NCBI RefSeq assembly: GCF_009914755.1
Contig: NC_060932.1
Reading direction: 5' to 3' (one strand)
Origin: the human T2T-CHM13v2.0 reference genome, Homo sapiens
DNA length: 64,000 nucleotides
Below, one piece after another: positions 40,240 to 53,898 of this stretch (position 1 is the stretch's first letter; each line of letters begins with the position of its first letter). The translations under genes and the position numbers were made by a program. The notes beneath the pieces are model-generated. The model searched no databases. It was given only the letters and a program-made list of their open reading frames with translations, and was not told where the DNA came from.

Positions 40240-40625
40240 CATTTATTTAAATCCGCATTGAGTATATCCCATATTCCAGGCCACTAGGTGATAGAGTCAT
40301 GGTGATGAGCAAGATGAATACATCCCCTGCCTTCATTGAACCAGTGAAATATACACTTGAAAGAGATCATTACAAAAAATATGATGAGTGTTGTGTTGCT
40401 GGGTGCCATGGAATTATTACCTCACTTTGCCTAAGAGTCAAGGAAGGGCTCTTTGGTATTTGCCTGCCTGGTTCACTCTCTATTTCTAGCAGATGGAAAT
40501 GTGGATGGCTCATAGTAGGCTTCCATGAATATTTGTTGAATGAATAAACAAATGGATACTAAAATATTAAGTTCCTATGATGTGCCAGGGAGTGCTTCAG
40601 GTTAAAGAGAAAGCAGTGAACAAAC
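40240..40625. mobile_element. Cluster of L2 fragments in both orientations
   Basis: Antisense L2 at 40240-40450; sense L2 tail catagtaggcttccatgaatatttgttgaatgaat (40511-40545); antisense L2 start tattaagttcctatgatgtgccagg (~40565). Confidence 0.55.
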
Positions 40626-41084
40626 AGGTGGGAAAAGACAGGTAAAAATCAACTAAAAAGATGTGGCCAATATGTATTACAAAACTAGTCTGGCTTATGA
40701 TGTAACTAAGAACATAAGTATTTTTCTGTCATTTTTATTTTATCAAAAGGGATAAGTTTACTCAGCCCTGGGTGAAACAGTGTCAGGCATATGACTATTC
40801 AATTTACTCTTAAGTAATTTAGCCTATGATCACTTTAAGTTGCAAATATATTCTCAATCAAAAAATTGAGTGGCCAATCCCGGGTAATTATGAACACATT
40901 AAATTTGACTTCGTGTTAACTCTTCTTCCTGGTCCCCTTGGAACAGCTTCAGGCTGGAAGGCAGACCTGCTCCCTCTGCTCCCCAGCCTTCCTGCCTCGA
41001 ATCTTCTGTAGCTATTTTGCTCCTGACTCAGGTAAAATGGAAAACAATAAAGCCAAAAAATGGAGGTATGAGGGAATACTGTTG

Positions 41085-41460
41085 GGACTGTAGTGAAGTG
41101 AGTGAGGTACTTGCCTCAGGCTCAAAATTTAACCAAAAAACCCTCAGTAACCAAGATAAATAAGATTTAGTGAACTATTACATATTAAATATTACATTAA
41201 ATTAAAATAATAAATATTAAAATATTTGGTATTATTTAAATTAATATGCATTAATTTAATGAATTACTATTTATTAAAATATTTAATGTTGAAATATTAA
41301 ATTAATATTATAAAATTTATATGGAAATATTAATTTTAAAATATTTTAATGAAATATTTTTAAAACAAAAATAATTTTTTAAAATTCATGATGGAAAAAT
41401 ATCAACATGTTAAATAAAGACAAGATCAGTGACCATGACTTGGTGAGCCACATTAGAGCG
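41085..41460. mobile_element. MER96B-like hAT transposon with an internal AT-rich expansion
   Basis: GTGAGGTACTTGCCTCAGGCTCAAAATTTAA..CTCAGTAACCAAGATAAATAA and ATTCATGATGGAAAAATATCAACATGTTAAATAAAGACAAGATCAG match recalled MER96B. Confidence 0.65.
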
Positions 41461-41924
41461 GGAAAGAAAATAATTTGTAATATGATGGCAGGGCAGTTAG
41501 TCTTGCAGAAGGAGGATGGAATTTAGAGATATGTTGTAGGTAAGATGGTAAGAATGAGTGGTTGGCTAGATGTGGTGAATGCTCACCAGTTATTGGGAAA
41601 GGAAACATAGGAAGAAAAGTGGGTTTGGTGGTGGTGAAATAAATTCAGGAAAAATGAAGGTCAAGTTGAGATTGCAGTACCTGAAAATCTTCATCTGTTC
41701 ATGATTGCAGAGGGCCCTTGATCCATGGGTATAGGGTTTATGATACCTTGAACAGCATTAATCGTTCTGCTAGGAACCCTAAATATACACTGAAGGGAGA
41801 ATGCTCAAGGATAGCAGTTCTTTGGGATCAGGATGGGAAGGAGTAAGTGGGCCCCCAAACAAGGGAATCCAAGTGCACAGCTTCTGGCAGTCCACATTGA
41901 TCCAGAGATTTAAAAGTAGGCTAG

Positions 41925-42130
41925 CTACAATGCATTATTATGTATTGTATATTTCAAAATAGTCAAAAGAAGATTTTAAATGTTCTCAATACAAAGGAAT
42001 AATGATTATTTGAGGTGATGCCTATGTTAATTCATCTGCTTTGGTCATTCCATGATGTACACATGTACAGAAACATCACATTATACCCTATAAATATATA
42101 CACTTATTATTTTTCAGTTTAAAAGAAAAG
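41925..42130 (+). mobile_element. L1MA 3' terminus
   Basis: tattgtatatttcaaaatag...atgttctcaatacaaagg...tttgaggtgatg...aacatcacattataccctataaatatatac. Confidence 0.85.
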
Positions 42131-43641
42131 AATTTAGTGACATTACCTTACCTGTCTGTAAAAGGGATTGGAAAATGTAATTTTTTGTGTTCTATTTTCT
42201 TCTTACAAGGTAGCCATCAGCCCAGGTAAGAAAAAAATGAGGGTGATAATTCAGAGAAAGCAAGTATGGGGATAGGAAACCAGTAACCTCATCCAAACCA
42301 GGCAACTTGTTAAGATTGTCTGAACTAACATCAACCTTTGAGACCTAGTATAGCACTTCCCACTTCCAAGTGCCCATCTGAGTACTTCTAAATGAAGTAT
42401 AATACCTCTACAAAATGAATGTAAATCTTTAAATTATTTGGACATCTCATTTGTCTGCTAAAGGGAGAGGAATCTATGAATAGCCACTGGTTATAAGAAG
42501 AGGTTTGAAGAAAGGGAAAAGTATGACATCACTTTCCACAGAGCTGCCACTCTTTGAATTTTGTCAAACTGGTTACAATATTAGTATTAAAAAATGGCTT
42601 TGAACACACAAAACAGATAATTACAGAATGCAGGCCTAAAATACACTTCTTGCTGGAATTTTAATTCTGAGTGGTTGCTGAACTAGGTAGGTGGTTGTCA
42701 AATTTAGTTTACTCTGCTCTGATCAAGGAATGTGGGTTGCATCATTCAAAACCAACACGATTTAAAGATATCTTGTAAAAAGGAGTAGTGCTAAAATTAG
42801 TTGCTTGTCAGTGATTCTGGTCACCATGATTATATGGTAAAGTATTTGTGAACATGGCATACAGAAGGGGTTATGTCTAAGTGGAAGGATTTTCTCATAG
42901 AGCAAAACTGTTGAGCAAGACTTGATTTTGAATGATCTGGAATGAAAGAACCCAATAACTTTGACCATTATCTAGGCTTGTATTTTGAGTCAACTAAGAT
43001 TCTTTTAGTGACATTCTACCCTAAGTGGAAACCATTGATAACTTTATAAAATGAACCTGAAACCTTTCAAAGACCATACTCAAGTTTCCCATCATAGAGC
43101 TCTGTATGTCAAACCAAGTGTGTGAGTTTATTAAGGTATTCCCCCATTGCCAGAAAAGGTTTACTTTACCCATTAAAACCTCACTCAAATAGATATCAAG
43201 TATCTCTTATATCCTGTTACATGATGTAATTTAAGTCTGAAAATACCCATGCTTTGCTTTAACCAGAAATTTAAAATCTTTCTCAATGGAAGCAATAGAG
43301 TATATCACTGATAAGGTAAAGGTGATCCAGTAAAAGGTCACAACTTAGCCCCTTCTGGACAAACAATAAAAAGAAATTTGTCTGCTCGCATGTTATGTGG
43401 CATCAATAATCCAGCCTATTTTAGCACATCAAATCCCTTCTATGCTTTGAAGCCAACCTTTCCCTATATCCAGTATATACTAGGTAGTCATGGAGGGCTC
43501 CCCCTTGCAAAGTAATTATAACGGAGCTATAAAAGTAAGACCAGAAGTAAAGTGAAGAAAGGGCAGACAGATGGTTCGTTGCCATATTGTCCATTATAGG
43601 GGAGTGGAGAAGTTTACTTAATTTATAATCATGGGATAATC

Positions 43642-44893
<1,252 letters not shown>

Positions 44894-46791
44894 AGGTTGC
44901 CATTATAGATTCTTGCTAAGAGGGAGGAGTCATTGTACCCTTGAGAGAATGATCTGATATCATGATGTCAGGTAGAATGGATGGGAAGGCCAGTTAGGGG
45001 CTATTGCCATTGTTATCACATGCTACAGCCCCAGGAACATCCTAACTATTATCTGGAACTCTGAGACAAGTGAGAAAAGGGCAACATTAGCATTTGCCAA
45101 ATTCCTTCTCTTTGGAAGGATGACTTCCAAACTTTCATTCTAACTTAAGTCTTCTTCAATCAAAAACCTCTGCAGAGCCATTTTTTTTCATCCCCCGTTA
45201 TTTTCATTCCTGGGAATAATTTAGCATCTGTCTACATTTAAATGTTACCTTTCCCCCAAATAGATTATGACCACCCTAGGACCAGTTAAATGGGGCTTAT
45301 CTCATTGGAGAGAGCTACAAATTCATCTGTGGGAATGAATTCTGGCCAGGAAATATCTGAAGGGCATATTACTTTCTCTCTTCAACAAAAAGCAAGAAGT
45401 TAGGAGATGGGACAGAAATCTTCTGTGGCTGTGAATTTTAGTCAGTTTGTTTCAATCCTGAGATACTTAAACGTAAGGCATTTGCAACATTGAACAACAT
45501 TGACATCTTAAAATCATGTAAGTCTACAGTGTGAAATGAGGGCCTCGGGGGACAGGGTTTCCCTCATAGTCTTGTAAAAATTACAAATACACCTAGTAAG
45601 GTAAATAGAATTGTTCTGTCTCTGCAAATTGGCATTTAGATGTTTATCTTCTGGTAACATGTTGTGACCTCAGATCATGCACTAGAAATTAAAATTTCAC
45701 AGCCTCTTCAAGAGACTAAAGCATCATGACACACTTTTTCCTTTTTACATGAGATATATATAAACCAGATATTTGTTTCTAACGTAGAGAAAGTTTAGAC
45801 TTTTTTTATGCCAGAGAAGACAACATATGCAGTGAAAATTATTGTATTAAATTGGGTGGAAAACAGTAATTTACTTTATCTTCTCTAGATAAACCCCCGT
45901 CACCATTTTACCATTTTCCATGACAACTGTATTTAGCTGAGTACGATATAAGCTTTGCAAGCCAAAAGCATTACAGCTGCCTTTCTTTGGACACCATCAA
46001 CAAAATCTGTTGAAAAAAGTTGAGAAAAAAATGGGCACATGAGTGTCTGTGTTCTCTCGTTTGTGATGATACCAAGTTGCTTAGTATTCCGTGACATTCA
46101 ACTGAATTTTGTATCGGCTGGGAATAAAACAACCGATATGATGAGACATGCAGCTAATTGGGATTGGCAATTTCCATGCTTCTTTAGATATTTGTAGAAA
46201 ATTGTAAAGATGAAGTGCAATATTTGCTGATATATGTCAAAACTATCTGGAAAATCCAGTAATGAACAATGGGAGATAAAAAAGAATAATGGCTTTTGAA
46301 GATATATGTAAGTAGCAGTTTATTTGTAAATGACAAAGGAGTAAAAGGGTGATAAAAATCTGGCTCATGAAAAATAAAAACTTTGGATCCAACATAGAAG
46401 CTTCCATTTTGCTCATATAATGGAATCCCAGTTGGGGCCAGCCATGGTGGGCTCCAGCTCTTCCTTCAACTTCCCAGAACTAATAGAGATTTGTTTCTAT
46501 TCAAAGTTGCAAAACTGTCTAGGATAAGTACTCTCTCAAAATCAGGGGAAAAAATCCCAGCCTCTGGAATTATTTGATGTATTTAGTTATTTGTGCAAAA
46601 CGCAAATACATATCTTTTACTTCTCTTCTGATACAGAAAGTTAAACCAGTATCCTAAAGCCAAGAACAAACTGATATGTGTACATGTATCAATAGTATAT
46701 TTTCTAGGTCTAAAATCGGTCATGATCCCCCTTCAGCCTGTCATGCACACAGATGAAGAAAGACAGTGGGGAGGATTCAGAGACAGGGAGA

Positions 46792-47344
46792 TGATGGGGT
46801 TCAGGACTCAGTGAAACTCCTATTTTGATAGGGTTCAAAACACAGCTTCTAGCCATTTGAGGAAACAGCAGAAGCAAGAAGGTTTCTCTGACCTTCTCTT
46901 GCCCTTCTCCCCTGAAGCAGGCTTTAAAAGAATTCTCTCTGACCCTTTCTCTGAAGTAGGTCATAAAACTTTCATTCCAGAGGTGCCCATTCTGTACCCA
47001 GAGGGAAGGAAAGGAACATCCTTATCCTCAAAGCTATAAATGCCAGGATGAATCTGCATAAACAGGTTTTGCTAGGTCCCCCCAGTTTGTTACCATTAGA
47101 TCATACCCTTTTGTCCTCCAATCACATTTTTCCATGACTTTCCACTCTTCATCAACCTAAGCATAAAAATATGTGCTTACTTGTTTCTTTGGGTCTTCAT
47201 TTCTGAAAGTCCCCATGTCACTTATTAAATAAAGCTTATTAAGTAAATTTGTATGCTTTTCTCCGTTAATCTGTCTTTGTCAGTTTTATTTTCAGATCCA
47301 GCCAGGGACCCCGGGAGAGTTGAGGAAAATTTTCCTCCCCTACA
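46792..47344 (+). mobile_element. MER31 (ERV1 MER4-group) solo LTR
   Basis: TG...CA ends with 4-bp TSD GAGA (46788-46791 / 47345-47348); internal AAACAGCAGAAGCAAGAAGG, CATTCCAGAGGTGCCC, ACCATTAGATCATACCCTTTTGTCCTCCAATCA. Confidence 0.8.
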
Positions 47345-47554
47345 GAGACAAGGAGAGAGAGACAGGGAGTTAACATGCAAATCGACCCAACAGGACAAAC
47401 TTCAACCCAGCCAAAGCTTTGGGTTATCTCAAAGCTTGTCTTGTGAGTTAAAATGATCAGATATCTAGGTTTGACTAATTTCGTAGGGTTTTAATGCTTT
47501 TAAATTGCTATTATAAATAGATCTCATATTGCACTGCTATTTGATGTCAACCAC

Positions 47555-47712
47555 TACGCTAAATGCTTTACATTCGTGACTTAATTTAATCTCCGCAAAC
47601 ATCTCATTAGTTAATATGTGCCCATTTTACAGATAAAGAGGAATCTTAGGTTTAGAGAGGATTAGGGCAGAAGCCAGGATTTCAACTAGGGTTTCTTTGA
47701 CTCAGATACCAT
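47555..47712 (-). mobile_element. MIR SINE
   Basis: aaatgctttacat...atttaatctcc...cccattttacagataaagagga...gcagaagccaggatttcaactagg. Confidence 0.7.
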
Positions 47713-50693
47713 GAAGCTTTTACAGAAGCTTTTAGGATTTCTATAATTGATTTTGTTCATTGATAATTGCCTATGACTCCTACAAATTTAATTAATAAGC
47801 AATTACTTTTTATCTGACTTGCAACCTGAAAACTATTTGTATCTATTATTATTTATAGGTGCAAAATGAAGGACTTCCAGTGCTACTGCCAGTATTGGAA
47901 ATAATGCCTCTGATAAACAGCTAAAGGAGTGAACCTGTGCTTCAAGCCTCCCCCAGTTCAATGTAAAAAGTGTTTCTAATCCTTGGCCAAGGTAGTCGTG
48001 TACCATACGTGACAAAGCCTATCAGTTCTTAGGAAAAAAACAACAAAAAAATTGCTGTTTGCTTTATTCCTGAAAGAAATCAGTAGAATTTAATACTATG
48101 ATTGTGTGTATCGAAGGCAAACATTATAGGTTAATTGTTAGTTGTCTCTCCTCTATTTACTTTACTTTTCCATCATAAATTTGATAGAACAAGTCGTTAA
48201 AGTTGTACATCTTCCCAATCAGACGGAGAAGAACAGCCTCAGGTCTCATATCCTCTCATATATATAATACTCTCCTTATCAACCCTGGAGAAAATGAGAA
48301 TTGGCCAAAACTTTTGTTATCAATCTGTTATTTAGGTCAGCATTCATATATGGTCCATGGAGGATGAATCACAAGATATTGAGTTTAGAAGTGTCCTCTA
48401 ATTTCATAAAACACATAAGAACTTTGTAAGATTAAAAATAATAGTTTGTATCATCCTGTTTTTTTAGCTCTAAAAGTATGCCTGTCTATATAAAAACATA
48501 TAGATATATATGAATTCCCTACCCTGCTAATCATCAAAAGAAATGATTTCATATGAAAATTATATTTATTCACTAATACTCCTGCTAACATTTATATTTG
48601 TTAATTAATACATAAATTGAAATTTATGCAAAAATTATTCTCCACTGGTTTAATTCTTTATTCTACCAGAATAATTCTTCTATTTGGAATTTAAAAACAT
48701 ATATCCATAAATTCTGGCATTTCTATCTCATCAGTTTTTGTAGAAATGTATGACAATATTTTATTTTATATTGGTAGAGTGAAAACGATTTTACATATTA
48801 CTAACATTTTCTATTTTGCACGGAAAACTTTAAAAATTCATCAAAAGGTAAAATGTATAACCTTCATTTTTCCAATAGCTGTTAGCATTTCTCATTGTGA
48901 GTGAAAAATTGTCTTGTCTTTTCTCATCAAATTGCAATGGAAGTAGTATTAGTCACAGTTTGCACGGAAATCTGCCAGTAAAAGAAAGTCAAAAACATTT
49001 CTCTTCAAGCCTAATAAAAATGTCCAGTGGCCTTTTGTGAAGCTATAAAGTATGACTCAAGATACCAGCCAAAACAAGGAAAGAAAGAAAAAGACAGTAA
49101 AGTCTCACTTTTTCTGTACCACTTACAAGTATCCCAAAGCTATGTTTTATAAGAGAAATTCGACTTCGGTGTCTCTATCTATCCTCCCCTGAGCTAGGAA
49201 AGGAAAAGAAAACCTTCCCCATCACAAGTATACAAAAGAGGAGTCTTGCTGGTAAGGTTAGCATCTGTCAATATCAGGTCCGGTGTGAAAGCAAAGCCGC
49301 TCTTTGAATTGTTTGCTTAATAAGATCTCCAGTGAATGGAGTTTATCTGCAGCTTGGGGTTTCACAGGGAACACAATGCTTCGTGTGCATTATTTTAGAT
49401 AGGAAGGAAGTTAGTTTCAGTAAAGCAAGAGAGAAGTGATAGGCTTATCATTTTATTATAATTTGAGTTTTTGCATAGAAAACAGTGAGTTTTCTAACAT
49501 TGTCCATAAGCATGATAATTCATGTATTTCGTCGCAGCCATCTGATTTTTCTCTGGGACATTATTATTTGTAATGACTTCTATTCATTGTTTGTGTTCCA
49601 TTTGTGAACCACTGCTATAGAATTTTAATGAGTTTCATGTTAAACACCTTTTAGAACACATTCTTTCAGTCATTCTATAGAGAGTAAGAAAGCCCATCCA
49701 TACCTCTAAAATTTACTAAAATCTACTACAAATGAGAATACTTCATTCCAATTTTAAGGGTAATTTCGAGAAACATAAAATCGTTACCTTAGTCTACTGA
49801 AAACTCCATATTCAGTTCCAAATTCTCAGCTTCCTACACTAATTACAGGAACTGCTACAATGTATTATGCAGTTACATGGCAAGCAATCTGATTCCCCAT
49901 TTAAACTTGTCGGCAACCTGGGAAAGAGGTATCACGGTTCTGATGAGAAAACCAGGGATCAGAGAGTCTGAGCATGTGCCCAGTGACATGCAGTTATAAT
50001 TCCAATCTGAACCTCTCTGTCCATAAACCTCAAGTTCTCTCATGCCACATTGCAGTTGTCCCATAGTGTTCACAGAATAACTTTCACAAAAACACCTTTT
50101 ACAAAAGAATAAATACATTTCTGGGACCCATGATACTTACCATGGCTAAATTCAGAGCACAACTGATACTAATCTTGTTTCCTTGGTCAGGCTTTGGAAA
50201 TCTTGGTTCGTGGCTCCAGAGTGTCTTCCAGTTGCATCTCATCAAAGTTTTTAACATAATCGCCCACATTTGTAAATTTGCTTTTAGTCTCAAACATTCA
50301 GACACCTCTAATTATCACACCAACAACACAAAAAGGCCTGAACTAATTTTACATCTAGAGTTTCCTTAGCATTCAGTCTCATTTAAACTTTTTACTTAAC
50401 CCAAACAAATCGGTCCATTAACTGCCCAAATTAGTGTTTAGATGTTACCTAAAAATAATAATAATAATGGTTTTACTCAAATATACATATTGGAAGAAAA
50501 CTGAATTTGTGCAAGCAGGTCTAAATGATACGTGAAAAACTCTATAGTAAACATTTTCGCAGAGAAATTTGCAGTTACCTGGTGATTTCAGGTTGTATAT
50601 AAAGAAGAATTGAGCAATGTACTTCTTGTATGATCTCCCATTTCACAAAAGGGATTAATATTATTTTTACCAATGGCTTAATGAAGATTAAAG

Positions 50694-50902
50694 TGCTGAT
50701 GTGCTGGAGTCCGCTCATACCTTTAAGAGCTGTATGTGCACATCTCTTCACAACTCTGCATTCACTAAAATCAAGCTGGTAACCTGAATTTGGCCATGGT
50801 AGGAGTATTTACACCATGAAAACTGACAGACTATAAATCAAGCCTACTTTCTCTTCCCCCCTACTTAGATCCAGTTATTAAACATTTACTAGCACAATAC
50901 TG
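50694..50902. mobile_element. MER63A hAT-Blackjack transposon inserted in a MIR
   Basis: TGTGCTGGAGTCCGCTCATACC...GTGCACATCTCTTC...GGCCATGGTAGGAGTATTTACACCA...TTAAACATTTACTAGCACAATACTG. Confidence 0.82.
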
Positions 50903-50937
50903 ACTAAATGAGATAAAGCGTCAATAATGAATACTGA

Positions 50938-51317
50938 AGTGTGCCCGCATGGTTGCACCAGGTGCAGGGAGTGCTGACTGCTGAGGACTTATAGCTGTAC
51001 CTTCTCTGCAGATTGCCCTTAGCTAAGGGGAGTTGACTTGCTCAGGATTATGCCCCTTCCACATCAGACAGCTGGATGGATGTGGAGATACAAAGACCTG
51101 GGCCCCCGAAAGGCCATTCCAGCTCCGCAGCGTCTTGTGGGATTAGCTAAGTGGTCTGTTGGAACTGCATCATAGTTTAACATTTCCCTTTGCCTAGTCC
51201 TGCTTTCCTCCCTCTGAGAACACCCCCCGACTCCTCCTCACTCCCTGCCACTAAAACTGTCTGCACAAATCTCTCTCTGTCTCAGAGTCTGTTTCCCAGG
51301 GAATTTGACCTAAGACA
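50938..51317 (+). mobile_element. LTR16-family (ERVL) solo LTR
   Basis: aggccattccagctcc, gcctagtcctgctttcctc and the terminal TCTCAGAGTCTGTTTCCCAGGGAATTTGACCTAAGACA. Confidence 0.75.
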
Positions 51318-51464
51318 TACATGTAACATTACCTAGCACACAGTACTCGAAAAGGGTGTGAGTTTCTAATAACATATCTGTAATCATTCTTTCACTGTAC
51401 CTTAGTTCTAATCTAGTTGTTAGTTGTTAGAGTTAGAGGAAATGATTTCAGGTACCTTTTCCTT

Positions 51465-51470
51465 TTCCTT

Positions 51471-51502
<32 letters not shown>

Positions 51503-51786
51503 CTGAGACAGAGTCTTGCTCTGTCACCCAGGCTGGAGTGCAGTGGCACAATGTTGGCTCACTGAAATCTTTGCCTCCTGGGTTCAAGCAATTCTCCTGC
51601 CTCAGCCTCCCGAGTAGCTAGGATTACAGGTGTGCACCACCACATCGGGCTAATTTTTGTATTTTTAGTAGAGACAGGGTTTCACCATGTTGGCTAGACT
51701 GGTCTCAAACTCCTGGCCTCAAGTGATCCGCCCACCTCAGCTTCTCAAAGTGCTGGAATTACAGGAGTGAGCCACTGTGCCTGACC
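51465..51786 (-). mobile_element. AluS (Sz/Sx-like) SINE
   Basis: T-tract, gagacagagtcttgctctgtcacccaggctggagtgcagtgg...gagccactgtgcctgacc; CCTTTTCCT on both flanks. Confidence 0.96.
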
Positions 51787-52517
51787 CCTTTTCCTCTTAT
51801 TAAGTTAAAAAAAAAAATTCTGCATTGGACAACACAACCAAATAATGGCTATGTACAATCTTAGTTGGCTTCAAAATGCTAAATCTGAATCAAGTCATTT
51901 TGGAGGCCAAGCAGACAATTGGAAATTCAAATCCATTTAAGAGTCAGAAAAAAATAAAATGGTTAAACTTGACTCTGGTGATAAAATAATTTCAGGAGTT
52001 CATCAAATTTTGGTTGGTGATCTTCAAACACATCTAATTTTGAACTAAGAAGACACTGTACTCAGGGATCCTCAACTGTAACACGAATGCAAAATTGATA
52101 ACTCCACTGTTCCGAGAAGGGTAACTAACAGGATGTTTCTTTAGTAATCAGATTAGCTGATATAAACCTTCTTTGGTCAATTTCAAAGAAAAAAAAATTG
52201 AATGTGATGGCCATGTTATTCCCCTCCTGAGACCACACAGGACCTAAGCATAACACATCCATTGGGAGGATTCAATGCAAACCACAACTGGAAAACATTG
52301 GGCAGCCATTCACAGCCACCCAGTAAAATAATATTCTATGTACATTCTTGGTTATGCATGAATGTTATGATGACTGCTACGGGATTAATTATTTTATTTG
52401 GAATCATAATATTTCTCAGAATCCTATGAGGAATTTTACAAAATTAAGCCATAATAATTCATATATTTGTTATACATTAAAACACAATATCTCAAACAGA
52501 TTAGAAAAACTATTCTT

Positions 52518-52818
<301 letters not shown>

Positions 52819-53564
52819 AGAAAGACTATTCTTAAAGCATTCCTTTCTATGCATTGGAAAAATCACATTGAAGGAATATTGTTTGGTATCTGATTTCTAG
52901 TATGGAATTCAGGCTCAGCAATATGGTGACCATACGCTACTATGGGAGGTTACTATCTTGATTTTTTTCTGTTTATTCGCTGACTTATTACTTAATACAG
53001 ACAACCCTGGGCAAGACAGTAGAGAAGGCACTAAGGATAATGAGAGAAATTTAGAAAGGTTATTCCTTTAATAAAACCCATAGCTTTATGGAAGAGCCCC
53101 ACATGTATGAAAACAAATTCAATTCAAAATAGAGGTAATTTAGTGGCTATCTTCCCGGCATGCTTATCTTGCTTTTCTAGATAACATCACACTGCTCCTC
53201 TACATCCTTTATCCCCATTATCCTTTCCATGTTACTCTGTTGGCTCCCAGTCATAGAAACTAAATCCCTTGACACATCAGTCTCAAGGTGTGCTTGTGAG
53301 AGGCCGATCCTGGGGTTATCCCAACCGAAGTTTCTTCTCTTTTGGATCTGGAAAGATGTGAAGCAGAGGCTGAAGACAGTTACTTTCCCACAACTTGCAT
53401 AAGAAAGCCAAAGCAAAAGAAAATATGAAATGGTTTCCAAGCTCTTGTCCAACCCCAAGAGCTGGTTTCCATCACTGATCCCAGAAGCAATCTTGGTATC
53501 CTTTTCAACAAGCTTGAGTTGAGTTTCTCCAGCTCTCAACAGAAAGTGCTCACCAAAGCAAGCA

Positions 53565-53898
53565 TCGGGAACAGCTCCAGGTTTTGTGGGGCCCCAGGCT
53601 TATACCATTTGGTAATCCTCTTGGAAAATGAAAACAAAATTACAAATGCACCACCAGGTATAAAAGTGCTTATTTATTTTGAAGGAAAAGGAAAAATAAA
53701 AGTTACTGGACTTCTGGGGACTCATGTCTCTGGTGCTTTACAAACATGCTTACACAGAATTGCTTCCCAGTTGCAAACTGGCTTCCCCTCCCACAGAGAA
53801 TTCTACAACAACCAGCAACTCCTTGGACACAAAGGGGCCTGTGCGCGTGAGGGATCCTGAAGGTCAGGCTTCACTCACTGCCAGATAAATCTGCCTCC
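53565..53898. mobile_element. Zaphod/MER115/MER91-family hAT-Tip100 element
   Basis: TCCAGGTTTTGTGGGGCCCCAGGCTTATACCATTTGG at the left and AAGGGGCCTGTGCGCGTGAGGGATCCTGAAG...TAAATCTGCCTC at the right match the MER91/Zaphod ends. Confidence 0.7.
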
